Part shown: one piece after another, positions 38,092-46,284 of the stretch
How the letters are laid out: the number at the start of each line of letters is the position of its first letter
Numbering within the stretch: the first letter of the stretch is position 1
Source: a virus
Lineage: Duplodnaviria; Heunggongvirae; Uroviricota; Caudoviricetes
Strand: one strand, 5' to 3'
IMG/VR virus record: IMGVR_UViG_3300049003_000001
Coordinates: 13,660-77,659 of that record
DNA: 64,000 nt
The notes under the pieces: model-generated
Databases searched by the model: none
What the model saw: the letters and a program-made list of their open reading frames with translations, nothing else
What the model was told of the DNA's origin: nothing
Position numbers and translations under genes: made by a program

Positions 38092-38616
38092 ATGCAGCTA
38101 GAGTTGTCACGACAGGAAACGATTGAAATACTAACCATCCGCGACGGCTATACCTGCATGTTCCCGGACTGCACGGAGCCTTTGACGGATACCGGCAACC
38201 ACATGGTCACGCTTGACCATATTTACCCACAGGCGCTAGCGAAGCGCGACGGTTGGTCTATTGATAAGATCAACCATATCAACAACCTACAGTTGATGGG
38301 TAAGAACTGCAACGCTCGTAAGGGCCACCTAATTCCTGACGAAAACGGAAATTTGCCGTTGAAGGTCAAGGAGCCTCGCGCCCTAGCCAAGTCTGAGCGA
38401 CCAGTTATTTGCGAAACTTGCTACGCCGGAAGGTTGCTATTTCTCGGAGAGGAATGCTACGATTGCGGTAGCGGCCCGCAGCCAGCGATTGCCCCAAAGG
38501 CGACACAGAAGACGCCGAAGGAATGCACGCACGCGGGTCATGACCACTGTTGGATGTGCTACCTGGGATTTGTCGAGCGTTCATCCGCCCTGACCAACCT
38601 TGTGACTGGCAAATAG
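38092..38616 (+). CDS. HNH endonuclease with C-terminal zinc fingers
   Basis: DHIYPQA...N...NCNARKGH His-Me finger. TAG stop backed by an in-frame TAA 3 codons downstream. Confidence 0.7.
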   Translation: MQLELSRQETIEILTIRDGYTCMFPDCTEPLTDTGNHMVTLDHIYPQALAKRDGWSIDKINHINNLQLMGKNCNARKGHLIPDENGNLPLKVKEPRALAKSERPVICETCYAGRLLFLGEECYDCGSGPQPAIAPKATQKTPKECTHAGHDHCWMCYLGFVERSSALTNLVTGK

Positions 38617-38629
38617 ACAAAGGAATAAA

Positions 38630-39691
38630 GTGAACATCGCTGAATTGTTCGACAAGGAACTGTTTCAGCAGATGGTGGATGAGAAGATGGTGACCGTTCG
38701 AAATCACGACGGTCATCCTCTTCTCATTGCCAACTACTCAGACGCGGTTCAGTTCCGGAATTACTGGAACGAGGTCACGCTTAACTGCCGTGGTCTCATC
38801 TTTGATTGGGATGGGGAAATTCTCGCCCGTCCGTGGAAGAAGTTCTTCAATTTGGGGGACAGCAAGGCTCCGTGGATCGGCTTTGACGACCGCGTTGAGG
38901 TTACCGACAAGATGGATGGCAGTCTTGGCATTCTTTACATGTACGACGGCAAGCCGTCAATCTCCACTCGTGGCTCGTTCCACAGCACACAGGCCGGGTG
39001 GGCGACGAAGCACATTCGTAAGATTGAAGGACTCGATCTTCGATTTGCTCCGCATTTCACTTTCCTATTTGAGATTATCTACCCTACGAACCGAATTGTT
39101 GTTGATTACGGACGTTTCGAGGGTCTGGTTCTCCTGGGGGCGGTCGAGGTTGAGAACGGTCACGCAATTGGGCCGAATGAGGCAGCCGCTCTCCTGAATT
39201 GGCCGGGACTCACCACGGAGCTAATGCCGCATAAGTCGATCAACGATGTGCTGGCAGCGTCGGACCGTGAGAACACCGAGGGCTACGTCATCCGCCGGGG
39301 CGACGATATGGTCAAGTGGAAGCGTCCCGATTACATCAATCTCCACCGCCTTATCTCAAACCTTTCCGAGAAGTCGGTATGGAGCGGGCTAGAGGGCGGG
39401 AAGACGCCAGAGCAGTTGTGCGAAGACCTTCCGGACGAATTCCACGGATTCGTCAAGGAAACGTCATTCAAGCTAAAGCTGGCATTCCAGACCCGAATCA
39501 ACGAGGTGCAGCGGACATTCGGCAAGGTGATGTATGACCTGCCGGTTATGCCCCCGAGCCGCAAGGATTTCGCATGGGCCGTTCGGGACAATCCGGATAA
39601 GGCATACATGTTCGCTCTGCTAGACGACAAGGACATTGCTCCGATGGTCTGGCAGGAGCTAAAGCCAAAGGGCGAGCCAGAGGTCCGGTGA
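38630..39691 (+). CDS. RNA ligase (Rnl, KxDG nucleotidyltransferase)
   Basis: Motif I VTDKMDGSLG (KxDG). GTG start. Adjacent to Pnkp and the tRNA islands. Confidence 0.7.
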   Translation: MNIAELFDKELFQQMVDEKMVTVRNHDGHPLLIANYSDAVQFRNYWNEVTLNCRGLIFDWDGEILARPWKKFFNLGDSKAPWIGFDDRVEVTDKMDGSLGILYMYDGKPSISTRGSFHSTQAGWATKHIRKIEGLDLRFAPHFTFLFEIIYPTNRIVVDYGRFEGLVLLGAVEVENGHAIGPNEAAALLNWPGLTTELMPHKSINDVLAASDRENTEGYVIRRGDDMVKWKRPDYINLHRLISNLSEKSVWSGLEGGKTPEQLCEDLPDEFHGFVKETSFKLKLAFQTRINEVQRTFGKVMYDLPVMPPSRKDFAWAVRDNPDKAYMFALLDDKDIAPMVWQELKPKGEPEVR

Positions 39692-40647
39692 ATCAAATAC
39701 CGTACATGATGGCGAATACGCCAGAAGAGTTCTATAGAGTTAGGGATTTAGGTGTGAGTAATTTGCTGGCCCTCCGGGGCATCAGCGGGTCCGGGAAGAG
39801 CACCTACGCTCGTGAGCTAAAGGCTCAGGGCTGGGTGGTCGTATCCCGAGACGACATTAGAGAAACCATGTTCCGCGATTACCAGTCGGTAGACGAGGAC
39901 GTGGTAACCGTCGTGCAGGATGCCGCAATTCGGGCAGCCTTGAAGGCCGGACGCCGGGTCGTGGTTGATGACACGAATATCCGGGTGAAGTACCTAAAGC
40001 GATTCGTCAAGATTGCTCAGGACGCCGGGGCTCTGTTTGAGGTAAAGCAGTTCGATTGCGACGCTAACGAAGCAATCAAGCGAGTCGAGAAGCGTTTCAT
40101 GGACGGTGGCCGGAATGTCCCAGAAATGGTCATTCGCAAGCAGGCTCAGGGGCTAAAGTCTAGTAAGCTAGACTGGAATGAGCTTTACGACCAGGGTCCG
40201 ACCTTTGAGCCTTACGAGCGACCCGCAGGAAAGCCTTGGGCAATTCTGGTGGACGTGGATGGCACTCTGGCTCATAACGACGGCCACCGGGGCTGGTACG
40301 ATTACGAGAAGGTCTACGGCGATATCGTCAAGGAAGACATTGCGGAAATCGTCCGGACGTATGCCGAGGGCGGATATCATAAGGTAATCATCATGAGCGG
40401 CCGGGATGATGTATGCCAGGACGAGACTGCCAGGTGGTTGACGGATAACGGAATTCCGTTTGATGAAATCCACATGCGGAAGACCGGCGACCAGCGGAAG
40501 GATTCCATCGTTAAGATGGAGTTGTTCGATGAGTTTGTGCGGGACAACTACCGGGTGGAGTTCGTATTGGACGACCGTAATCAGGTTGTCGAGGCATGGC
40601 GTGGCATCGGTCTCACTTGCCTACAGGTTGCGCCGGGAGACTTCTAA
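39688..40647 (+). CDS. pnk: polynucleotide kinase-phosphatase (Pnkp)
   Basis: N-terminal P-loop GISGSGKST kinase. C-terminal HAD phosphatase motif VDVDGTL...MSGR...DD. Confidence 0.8.
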   Translation: MNQIPYMMANTPEEFYRVRDLGVSNLLALRGISGSGKSTYARELKAQGWVVVSRDDIRETMFRDYQSVDEDVVTVVQDAAIRAALKAGRRVVVDDTNIRVKYLKRFVKIAQDAGALFEVKQFDCDANEAIKRVEKRFMDGGRNVPEMVIRKQAQGLKSSKLDWNELYDQGPTFEPYERPAGKPWAILVDVDGTLAHNDGHRGWYDYEKVYGDIVKEDIAEIVRTYAEGGYHKVIIMSGRDDVCQDETARWLTDNGIPFDEIHMRKTGDQRKDSIVKMELFDEFVRDNYRVEFVLDDRNQVVEAWRGIGLTCLQVAPGDF

Positions 40648-40675
40648 GTCTTAGTCGCTCTGCTACTATCAACTC

Positions 40676-40936
40676 ATGCCGACAGATCATTGGGTGTTAG
40701 TAGCAGAGCGACGGGGCATCACTCCCCGGAAGCGCAAGCGCGAGGTCATCTACGCGACCGACGACGAATCTCGTGCTCGGCGCGACGCCGAGGACATGGG
40801 CAAGACCAATCGTCGCATGAGGTTCTATGTAATGCCCTACTCAGGTGCGGTTGAAGTGGCTCGTAGAGAGTTGAACGAGCTTGAAGCCGCATTAGAGTCG
40901 GCTAAGATCATGAAGGCCAAGATGCGGGGTGACTAA
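40676..40936 (+). CDS. hypothetical protein
   Basis: 86-aa ORF. Confidence 0.3.
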   Translation: MPTDHWVLVAERRGITPRKRKREVIYATDDESRARRDAEDMGKTNRRMRFYVMPYSGAVEVARRELNELEAALESAKIMKAKMRGD

Positions 40937-40939
40937 GGC

Positions 40940-41200
40940 GTGTGCTACGGTTGGCGATGTAATGCCACCGCCAGTCGATCCGAGGGGACGACGACCATGC
41001 AATTCGAATACGAGGCCATCCAGAAGGCACTGAACGGCCAGAAGGCGCACGGGACTGCCAAGGTCACGATCTATCTGACCAAGGGCGATTCGGCGTGGAA
41101 CCCGGCGAGTACCAAGAATCTGATTTACGGACCCGCCGAAGTCATGTACGAGGAAATGCCGGACGGCGCGATCAACGCCTACATCGACGGGGCTAGATAA
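40940..41200 (+). CDS. hypothetical protein
   Basis: 86-aa ORF. Confidence 0.3.
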   Translation: MCYGWRCNATASRSEGTTTMQFEYEAIQKALNGQKAHGTAKVTIYLTKGDSAWNPASTKNLIYGPAEVMYEEMPDGAINAYIDGAR

Positions 41201-41214
41201 TAGCCCGAAAGACC

Positions 41215-41285
41215 GCGCCTGTAGCTTAGCGGCAAAGCAGCCCTCTCTAAAAGGGTGTACGCCGGTTCGAATCCGGTCAGGCGCA
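41215..41285 (+). tRNA. tRNA with anticodon CUA (amber-suppressor-like, Sup)
   Basis: Acceptor GCGCCTG/CAGGCGC. D GCTT/AAGC. Anticodon stem GCCCT/AGGGT with loop CT-CTA-AA (U33, A37). T-arm GCCGG-TTCGAAT-CCGGT. 4-nt variable loop. Confidence 0.7.
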
Positions 41286-41728
41286 CGTGATTCAAGATAT
41301 CGTCATCCGTGGCACGTCCCGGTACATCTCTTACCGCCGTGCAGACGGGAGTCCGGCTTATGCCACTCTTTACAACGCCGACCTCTCGTGCGACCATGAC
41401 GTGCGAGCTAAGGAATTGTGGGAGGGCGGCGGGGTCACTTGCCGCAAATGCGAGGGGTGGTTCTGCTACTGATGATCTGGTATGACGCAGTGACGTACGA
41501 GCCGGTAGCGCCGGGTGAGGGCGAGGACGGTGGTCGCCCTTCTATGGAGTATTACTACTGCCCTCGGTGCAAGGTAGCACGGACGATGGTCGAGAAGATG
41601 CGGGCCATGATCTGTGAGGTCTGCCGGACTGTATTGCTGGTCCGATGAAGCAGCCAGAGGCATTCATCCTGTTTGCGGCGTTTTTAGTCCTCGTGATGGT
41701 GATGCTACATGCGGCGTAAAAGAAAAAT

Positions 41729-41758
41729 TTGACACGGCTGACGCGGGTCTGCTAGAAT
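41729..41758 (+). promoter_or_regulatory. promoter TTGACA-N18-TAGAAT for tRNA island 1
   Basis: gtctgcTAGAATagat matches the 16653 promoter almost exactly. Confidence 0.6.
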
Positions 41759-41831
41759 AGATTTATCAGGGAACGGGGAAGCCACACGCAAGCGCCTCAC
41801 GGTACGCAGCCTCTTTGAGCTTCCCCACACT

Positions 41832-41902
41832 GTCGATGTGGTTTAATGGTAGAACAAGACACTTCCAATGTTTTAGCGCCGGTTCGATTCCGGTCATCGG
41901 CT
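41832..41902 (+). tRNA. tRNA-Gly(UCC)
   Basis: Acceptor GTCGATG/CATCGGC. Anticodon loop CT-TCC-AA. T-loop TTCGATT. Confidence 0.75.
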
Positions 41903-41950
41903 CCGGGTTGGCAACTTACCTTATTGCCCTTTGGGGAGAAGTTGCACAAT

Positions 41951-42024
41951 GGTCCGTTGGTCTAGCGGTTAGGATTCCAGATTTTCACTCTGAGAGAACG
42001 TGGGTTCGAATCCCACACGGACTG
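41951..42024 (+). tRNA. tRNA-Glu(UUC)
   Basis: Acceptor GGTCCGT/ACGGACT. Loop TT-TTC-AC. T-arm GTGGG-TTCGAAT-CCCAC. One 27-43 mismatch and a 6-nt variable loop. Confidence 0.65.
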
Positions 42025-42088
42025 CGCTAGCCGGTAAAGAGGAATCTTTGCCGTAAACGAGGGGTGCGACTCGCAAAACGCACCACAT

Positions 42089-42159
42089 ATCCGCTAAGTG
42101 TTACGGTAGCACAGAAAGCTCCAACCTTTCTAGCGTGGGTTCGACTCCTACAGCGGGTG
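42089..42159 (+). tRNA. tRNA-Trp(CCA)
   Basis: Acceptor ATCCGCT/AGCGGGT with A1-U72. Anticodon stem GAAAG/CTTTC and loop CT-CCA-AC. Confidence 0.75.
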
Positions 42160-42226
42160 CAAACAGGTGACGACCTCCGGTTTAAGTCCGGCGTCTCCCC
42201 CGAGGGACGATAAGCCGAGGGACAAT

Positions 42227-42302
42227 CAGTCTGTAGGGCAGCCAGGCCAGCCCGCTTGATTTGGATTCAAGAGACTCGCAGGTTCGAATCCTGCCAGACT
42301 GA
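42227..42302 (+). tRNA. tRNA-Pro(UGG)
   Basis: Acceptor CAGTCTG/CAGACTG. Anticodon stem CTTGA/TCAAG and loop TT-TGG-AT. T-arm GCAGG-TTCGAAT-CCTGC. Confidence 0.7.
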
Positions 42303-42355
42303 CAGCCGCGATAGATGCAATCGGATAGGGTCCGACCAGAGCGAATCTATCACCT

Positions 42356-42429
42356 GGGGGATTAGCTTAATTGGTTAAAGCATTCGTCTGATACACGAAA
42401 GACTCTCGGTTCAAATCCGAGGTTCCCTA
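42356..42429 (+). tRNA. tRNA-Ile(GAU)
   Basis: Anticodon stem TTCGT/ACGAA and loop CT-GAT-AC. T-arm CTCGG-TTCAAAT-CCGAG. The acceptor stem has three G-U pairs. Confidence 0.6.
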
Positions 42430-42508
42430 CTCGCTCAGAAATGAGTCGAATCAATACCGGCCGGGTGCCAGCGGAGTTGATCGTCCGCCTAGAGAGTCCC
42501 GGCATCAT

Positions 42509-42581
42509 GGGTACTTACGTCAGCGGCCAGACTTCTTCCCTTACACGGAAGCGGACGGGGGTTCGAATCCCTCAGTACCTA
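42509..42581 (+). tRNA. tRNA-Val(UAC)
   Basis: Acceptor GGGTACT/AGTACCT. Anticodon stem CTTCC/GGAAG and loop CT-TAC-AC. Confidence 0.75.
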
Positions 42582-42592
42582 CGCAACATTTT

Positions 42593-42678
42593 GGAAGTGT
42601 GGCAATTGGCATAGCAAACTGTCTTGAAAACAGCTAAGGGTTGATAGCCCGATGCAGGTTCGACTCCTGTCGCTTCCG
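42593..42678 (+). tRNA. tRNA-Ser(UGA), long variable arm
   Basis: Acceptor GGAAGTG/CGCTTCC with G73, closely resembling the E. coli tRNA-Ser ends. Loop CT-TGA-AA. 86 nt. Confidence 0.8.
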
Positions 42679-42683
42679 CACCA

Positions 42684-42710
42684 CCCCTCGTCTCTGGCGA
42701 GGGGTTTTTC
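42684..42710 (+). terminator. rho-independent terminator closing tRNA island 1
   Basis: CCCCTCG-tctctgg-CGAGGGG followed by TTTTTC. Confidence 0.75.
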
Positions 42711-42731
42711 CATGTCTATAGGAGATTTAAG

Positions 42732-43010
42732 ATGGATTTTGCACAGGTGGCTGAGTCGGCGGGTAGCTGGGAAGACGCTCTTCACGAGTTTGACGTCAGG
42801 TGGGACGACGCCCTGGTCAATGAGATTTACGATCAGAGCCGTTGGTCTACGTTCACCCGCTACGTCTACCTCGTGGACGGCCGGTATTGGGAAATCATTG
42901 ACGAGCAGGGTTCCACGGAGTATCAGGAGGGCGGGGATTTCTCGTTCGAAATCAACGAAGTTACCCCGGTCACAGTCCAGAAGGTTGACTACGTACGCGT
43001 AGCCAAGTAA
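42732..43010 (+). CDS. hypothetical protein
   Basis: AGGAG RBS. 92 aa. Preferred over the overlapping alternative frame 42652..43002. Confidence 0.3.
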   Translation: MDFAQVAESAGSWEDALHEFDVRWDDALVNEIYDQSRWSTFTRYVYLVDGRYWEIIDEQGSTEYQEGGDFSFEINEVTPVTVQKVDYVRVAK

Positions 43011-43020
43011 TATCTATTTC

Positions 43021-43254
43021 GTGATTCCGATTGAGGACGCAGCAACCGTCGCCTACGTCGGCGTGATTCATGCAATCAGCGAGGTATACGAAGCTCTTAG
43101 CTACAAGCCCGCTGGTTTGATGATTAACCAGGCGTTGCAGGACGCGCTAGAGGATTTGGTCAACGTCCGGGATACTTTGAAACCGCACGTCAGGAAGGCA
43201 GACCCGCCTAAGAGCGAGACAATGCAGGAATACATGATTAGGATGGGCTGGTAA
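43021..43254 (+). CDS. hypothetical protein
   Basis: 77-aa ORF. Confidence 0.3.
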   Translation: MIPIEDAATVAYVGVIHAISEVYEALSYKPAGLMINQALQDALEDLVNVRDTLKPHVRKADPPKSETMQEYMIRMGW

Positions 43255-43646
43255 TGTCTAACTCATATTTCCACGCACAGTCGTCGGCTCGCAAGTGGGG
43301 CGGTACGCCTGAGGATTATATCCACATTCATGAATTCTTAGACGGCTCTAAGGTCACCTTCGGGGATATCCGGCACCGTGCGCTTCTTCACAATACGTGG
43401 GGAATCTGGCTTTGCCAGGAAGTGCATGGTAGAGTCGTTCATATCGAAAAGGCCGGTGGCGGGACCAAGGTGGTTGCCGTCCGCGAGGTAGCAGAAAACC
43501 ATATCCTAGAAGACCTCGGATTCATCCCCCAGGTTGGCGACTGGCTAGAGAATATGGATATCAAGGTCTGGATGGGCGGGAAGCAAAAGCAGATGATTTC
43601 CCGAGGCCACCTACTCAATGACACAGTGAAAGAAGGAAAGAAATGA
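43254..43646 (+). CDS. hypothetical protein
   Basis: 130-aa ORF. Confidence 0.3.
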   Translation: MSNSYFHAQSSARKWGGTPEDYIHIHEFLDGSKVTFGDIRHRALLHNTWGIWLCQEVHGRVVHIEKAGGGTKVVAVREVAENHILEDLGFIPQVGDWLENMDIKVWMGGKQKQMISRGHLLNDTVKEGKK

Positions 43647-44158
43647 CTGACATTCTAGGTCGCCCGATTACCGGCGACATTGACAAGGGCTACAAGCGCA
43701 AGGCAATCGAGCAGTGGGACGCGGCGCGTCTGGTTGCCGATATCGATGCGGTGTTCGCTGCCGACCCGGATATTGCGGCAATCAACTGGACTCAGTACAC
43801 CCCGTACTTCAACGACGGCGACCCGTGCGAGTTCCGTAGCTACCTCAATGACGATGCCGTCGTGGCAATCGGACAGGTTCCTTATTCGTGGTATTACGAC
43901 GAGGCTGAGGACGAAGAGGGTAAGCCGGTAGAGACCCGAAACACCAGCTACTACAGCACCCGTTCCTACGAGTACAACCCGGTCACGAAGAATTGGGACT
44001 ACCGGGACAAGGAGATTGCCGAGAAGGATCAGGCAATGGCTACCCTCATTGAGAATTGGCAGCACTACGAGGCCATCACCCGTGAGCACTTCGGGGAGCA
44101 CTCCCGCGTCATCGCCACGCGCGAGGGCTTTAACGTGGAGTATTACGAGCACGACTGA
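43643..44158 (+). CDS. hypothetical protein
   Basis: 171-aa ORF with ATGA coupling. Confidence 0.35.
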   Translation: MTDILGRPITGDIDKGYKRKAIEQWDAARLVADIDAVFAADPDIAAINWTQYTPYFNDGDPCEFRSYLNDDAVVAIGQVPYSWYYDEAEDEEGKPVETRNTSYYSTRSYEYNPVTKNWDYRDKEIAEKDQAMATLIENWQHYEAITREHFGEHSRVIATREGFNVEYYEHD

Positions 44159-44257
44159 TGCGCTACCGCAAGCAATGTGGTTTTTGCGGGGATTGGGTCA
44201 GCAAGCGCCGGGGTCGCAGGCCGGACACAGAAATATGTCTGGTTTGCGATAAGAATG

Positions 44258-44287
44258 TTGACAAGCTCGCCTAGGGTTTGTTACAAT
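44258..44287 (+). promoter_or_regulatory. promoter TTGACA-N18-TACAAT for tRNA island 2
   Basis: Same architecture as the other tRNA-island promoters. Confidence 0.55.
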
Positions 44288-44379
44288 ATTCCTGAGAGTT
44301 CTAGCTGATCGATTCTCCGTAGATGGTTTATGAGATGCTAGTCTCATGTGGTTCCCGGTCCACTCAAAACCGGGGTTAT

Positions 44380-44453
44380 GGCCCTGTGGAGTAACGGTTT
44401 ATCTCGTTTGCCTCTCACGCAAAAGAATGCGGGTTCGAATCCCGCCAGGGTCA
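44380..44453 (+). tRNA. tRNA-Glu(CUC)
   Basis: Acceptor GGCCCTG/CAGGGTC. Anticodon stem TTTGC/GCAAA and loop CT-CTC-AC. T-arm GCGGG-TTCGAAT-CCCGC. Confidence 0.7.
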
Positions 44454-44497
44454 CCAACCTAGGGAAAGCCTAGGAGCGCCCGGACCCGAGGCCGAAT

Positions 44498-44568
44498 ATC
44501 GGGCATAGTGGATGTAGTTTAGAGGTAAAATACTTGCTTGCCATGCAAGTGTCCGGGGTTCGATTCCC
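44498..44568 (+). tRNA. tRNA-Gly(GCC)
   Basis: Anticodon stem CTTGC/GCAAG and loop TT-GCC-AT. T-arm CGGGG-TTCGATT-CCCCG. Confidence 0.7.
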
Positions 44569-44570
44569 CG

Positions 44571-44642
44571 TATCCGCACCGGGTATGATCCGATTGGTCG
44601 AGGAAGTGGTTTGTGATACCACTACAAGCGGGTTCGATTCCC
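44571..44642 (+). tRNA. tRNA-His(GUG)
   Basis: Acceptor GGGTATG/CATACCC. Anticodon stem GTGGT/ACCAC and loop TT-GTG-AT. It lies 2 nt after tRNA-Gly. The G-1/C73 His features are not obvious. Confidence 0.6.
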
Positions 44643-44684
44643 GTCATACCCTCGTTAACGTTTCCTCCAATTTAAGGTAAACAC

Positions 44685-44915
44685 ATGTTCGACGTTGATT
44701 CGTTCTCTATGGCCGATGCTATGGCCGACTCTCCCGATTACAAGATCATTCGATCCGGGACCAACATCTACGTATTCCCCTCCGACGCCGATTTCGAGGC
44801 GCTAGCTGGCCGGGACCAGTTGGGTTACTGGCTGGACCGTGCCACCATCATGATTGACCATGATGGCATCGTGCGTACCAACCGATTCGGAATTAAGAGC
44901 CGAAATGCTGTTTGA
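44685..44915 (+). CDS. hypothetical protein
   Basis: 76-aa ORF. Confidence 0.3.
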   Translation: MFDVDSFSMADAMADSPDYKIIRSGTNIYVFPSDADFEALAGRDQLGYWLDRATIMIDHDGIVRTNRFGIKSRNAV

Positions 44916-45237
44916 TGCGCTTATTGCCGTTGACGCCAATGCGAATGACGCTTGGAAGAATGCCGCAGACCAAATCATCATCAATCTAGCCAAGCGAAAC
45001 CGAGTCTTCACCTCAGACGATATTTGGGAAGGCTTGTCTCTCGCTGGCGTCCACACGGCAGAGCACCGGGCGATGGGGCCTCGCATTATTGCGGCGGTCA
45101 AGGCCGGTGTCATCGAGTACCAGACGTGTGACCACTGCGAAACGACAAAGGTCGTCACGAAGTCTCGCCGCGAGGAATCCCACGGCAAGTTCACCACTGT
45201 TTACTCTTCTATTATTTATGGGCAGGTTATCGCATGA
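44905..45237 (+). CDS. hypothetical protein
   Basis: About 110 aa, with its start overlapping the upstream stop. Confidence 0.3.
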   Translation: MLFDALIAVDANANDAWKNAADQIIINLAKRNRVFTSDDIWEGLSLAGVHTAEHRAMGPRIIAAVKAGVIEYQTCDHCETTKVVTKSRREESHGKFTTVYSSIIYGQVIA

Positions 45238-45848
45238 CCAGGGCACTTATTGTCGTAGACGCACAGCGTGATTTCTGCGAAGGCGGGGCTCTCCCGGTGG
45301 AGGGTGGCAACGCGGTCTGTATCCGTATTGCCGACGCCATCCGTAGTCTCGGCAAGGGACAGAAGAAGCTCTACCAGTACATCGTCGGAACCAAGGATTT
45401 CCACATTCCCGGCGACAGCAACGGTGGGCACTTCTCCGATAACCCGGACTACGTGACCACCTGGCCCGAGCACTGTGTGCAGGGCACCGAGGGGTCGATG
45501 TTCCACCCGGAAATTGCTGACGCGGCCTGGGCGGGGTTTGACGCGGTGTTCTACAAGGGTGCTGGCCGACCAGACTATTCAGGTTTCCACGGGAAGGCTC
45601 CGTCCCTGTATCCGGATGGAGATATCTACCTTCTCGATTGGTTGCAGCGCCGCAACGTCACGGATTTGGACATTGTTGGTCTAGCCACGGACTACTGTGT
45701 CAAGGAGACCGCGATGGACGCAATTCAGAATGGATTCAACGTCCGAATCCCTCAGGCGCTCACGGCAGCAGTCGGCGGGCAGGAGGCTCGTGACCTTTGG
45801 ATCAAGACCGTTTACGCGGCTCAGGGGTCGAGCTTGCACCTCAACTGA
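45234..45848 (+). CDS. isochorismatase-family hydrolase (nicotinamidase/PncA-like)
   Basis: LIVVDAQRDF (catalytic Asp), a Lys, and GLATDYCV (catalytic Cys) give a PncA-type triad. 204 aa. Confidence 0.6.
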   Translation: MTRALIVVDAQRDFCEGGALPVEGGNAVCIRIADAIRSLGKGQKKLYQYIVGTKDFHIPGDSNGGHFSDNPDYVTTWPEHCVQGTEGSMFHPEIADAAWAGFDAVFYKGAGRPDYSGFHGKAPSLYPDGDIYLLDWLQRRNVTDLDIVGLATDYCVKETAMDAIQNGFNVRIPQALTAAVGGQEARDLWIKTVYAAQGSSLHLN

Positions 45849-45861
45849 GGTCTGCTAGAAT
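45834..45861 (+). promoter_or_regulatory. promoter TTGCAC-N16-TAGAAT
   Basis: gtctgcTAGAATc is the conserved -10 context. It lies upstream of a small zinc-ribbon gene. Confidence 0.45.
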
Positions 45862-45867
45862 CTCTGC

Positions 45868-46128
45868 ATGGACGTTGACGCAAAGGTTTGCCCGCACTGT
45901 GACACTGACCTGCGGGCGAGCCGGATTCCTCAGGACGCCATCGACCAGGGGCTTTACGGCCCTCCGACCACAGAGCCGAAGTATTACTACAACACCATCG
46001 GTCACGTGGAGCGCGGGGTCTACGATGGTGTGCTCTACTGGTCATGTCCGGCCTGCGGGGGCAAGTGGCATCGGTTCCCGGAAGGTCACTACCTGCGGAC
46101 CCGAGCGGAGAAGTTCGTCAATGCTTAA
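45868..46128 (+). CDS. zinc-ribbon protein
   Basis: CPHCDTD...CPACGGKWH. 86 aa. Confidence 0.3.
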   Translation: MDVDAKVCPHCDTDLRASRIPQDAIDQGLYGPPTTEPKYYYNTIGHVERGVYDGVLYWSCPACGGKWHRFPEGHYLRTRAEKFVNA

Positions 46129-46284
46129 AACGATGGTAGTTATCTGGTGCGACTACACCGACACTAGGTGCATCCGAAAGGTCACCGGGGACACGACGTT
46201 GCGCGCACTTGACTACGCCCGAATGAACGGCTGGTTTATTCAGGGGCATCGCCACCTCTGCCCGTACCACAAGCCGAAGGGGAA

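Noticed and set aside
42652-43002. Alternative-frame ORF (116 aa) overlapping 42732..43010
   Set aside because: It begins inside the tRNA-Ser 3' end and terminator. The other frame has an AGGAG RBS and a more protein-like composition.
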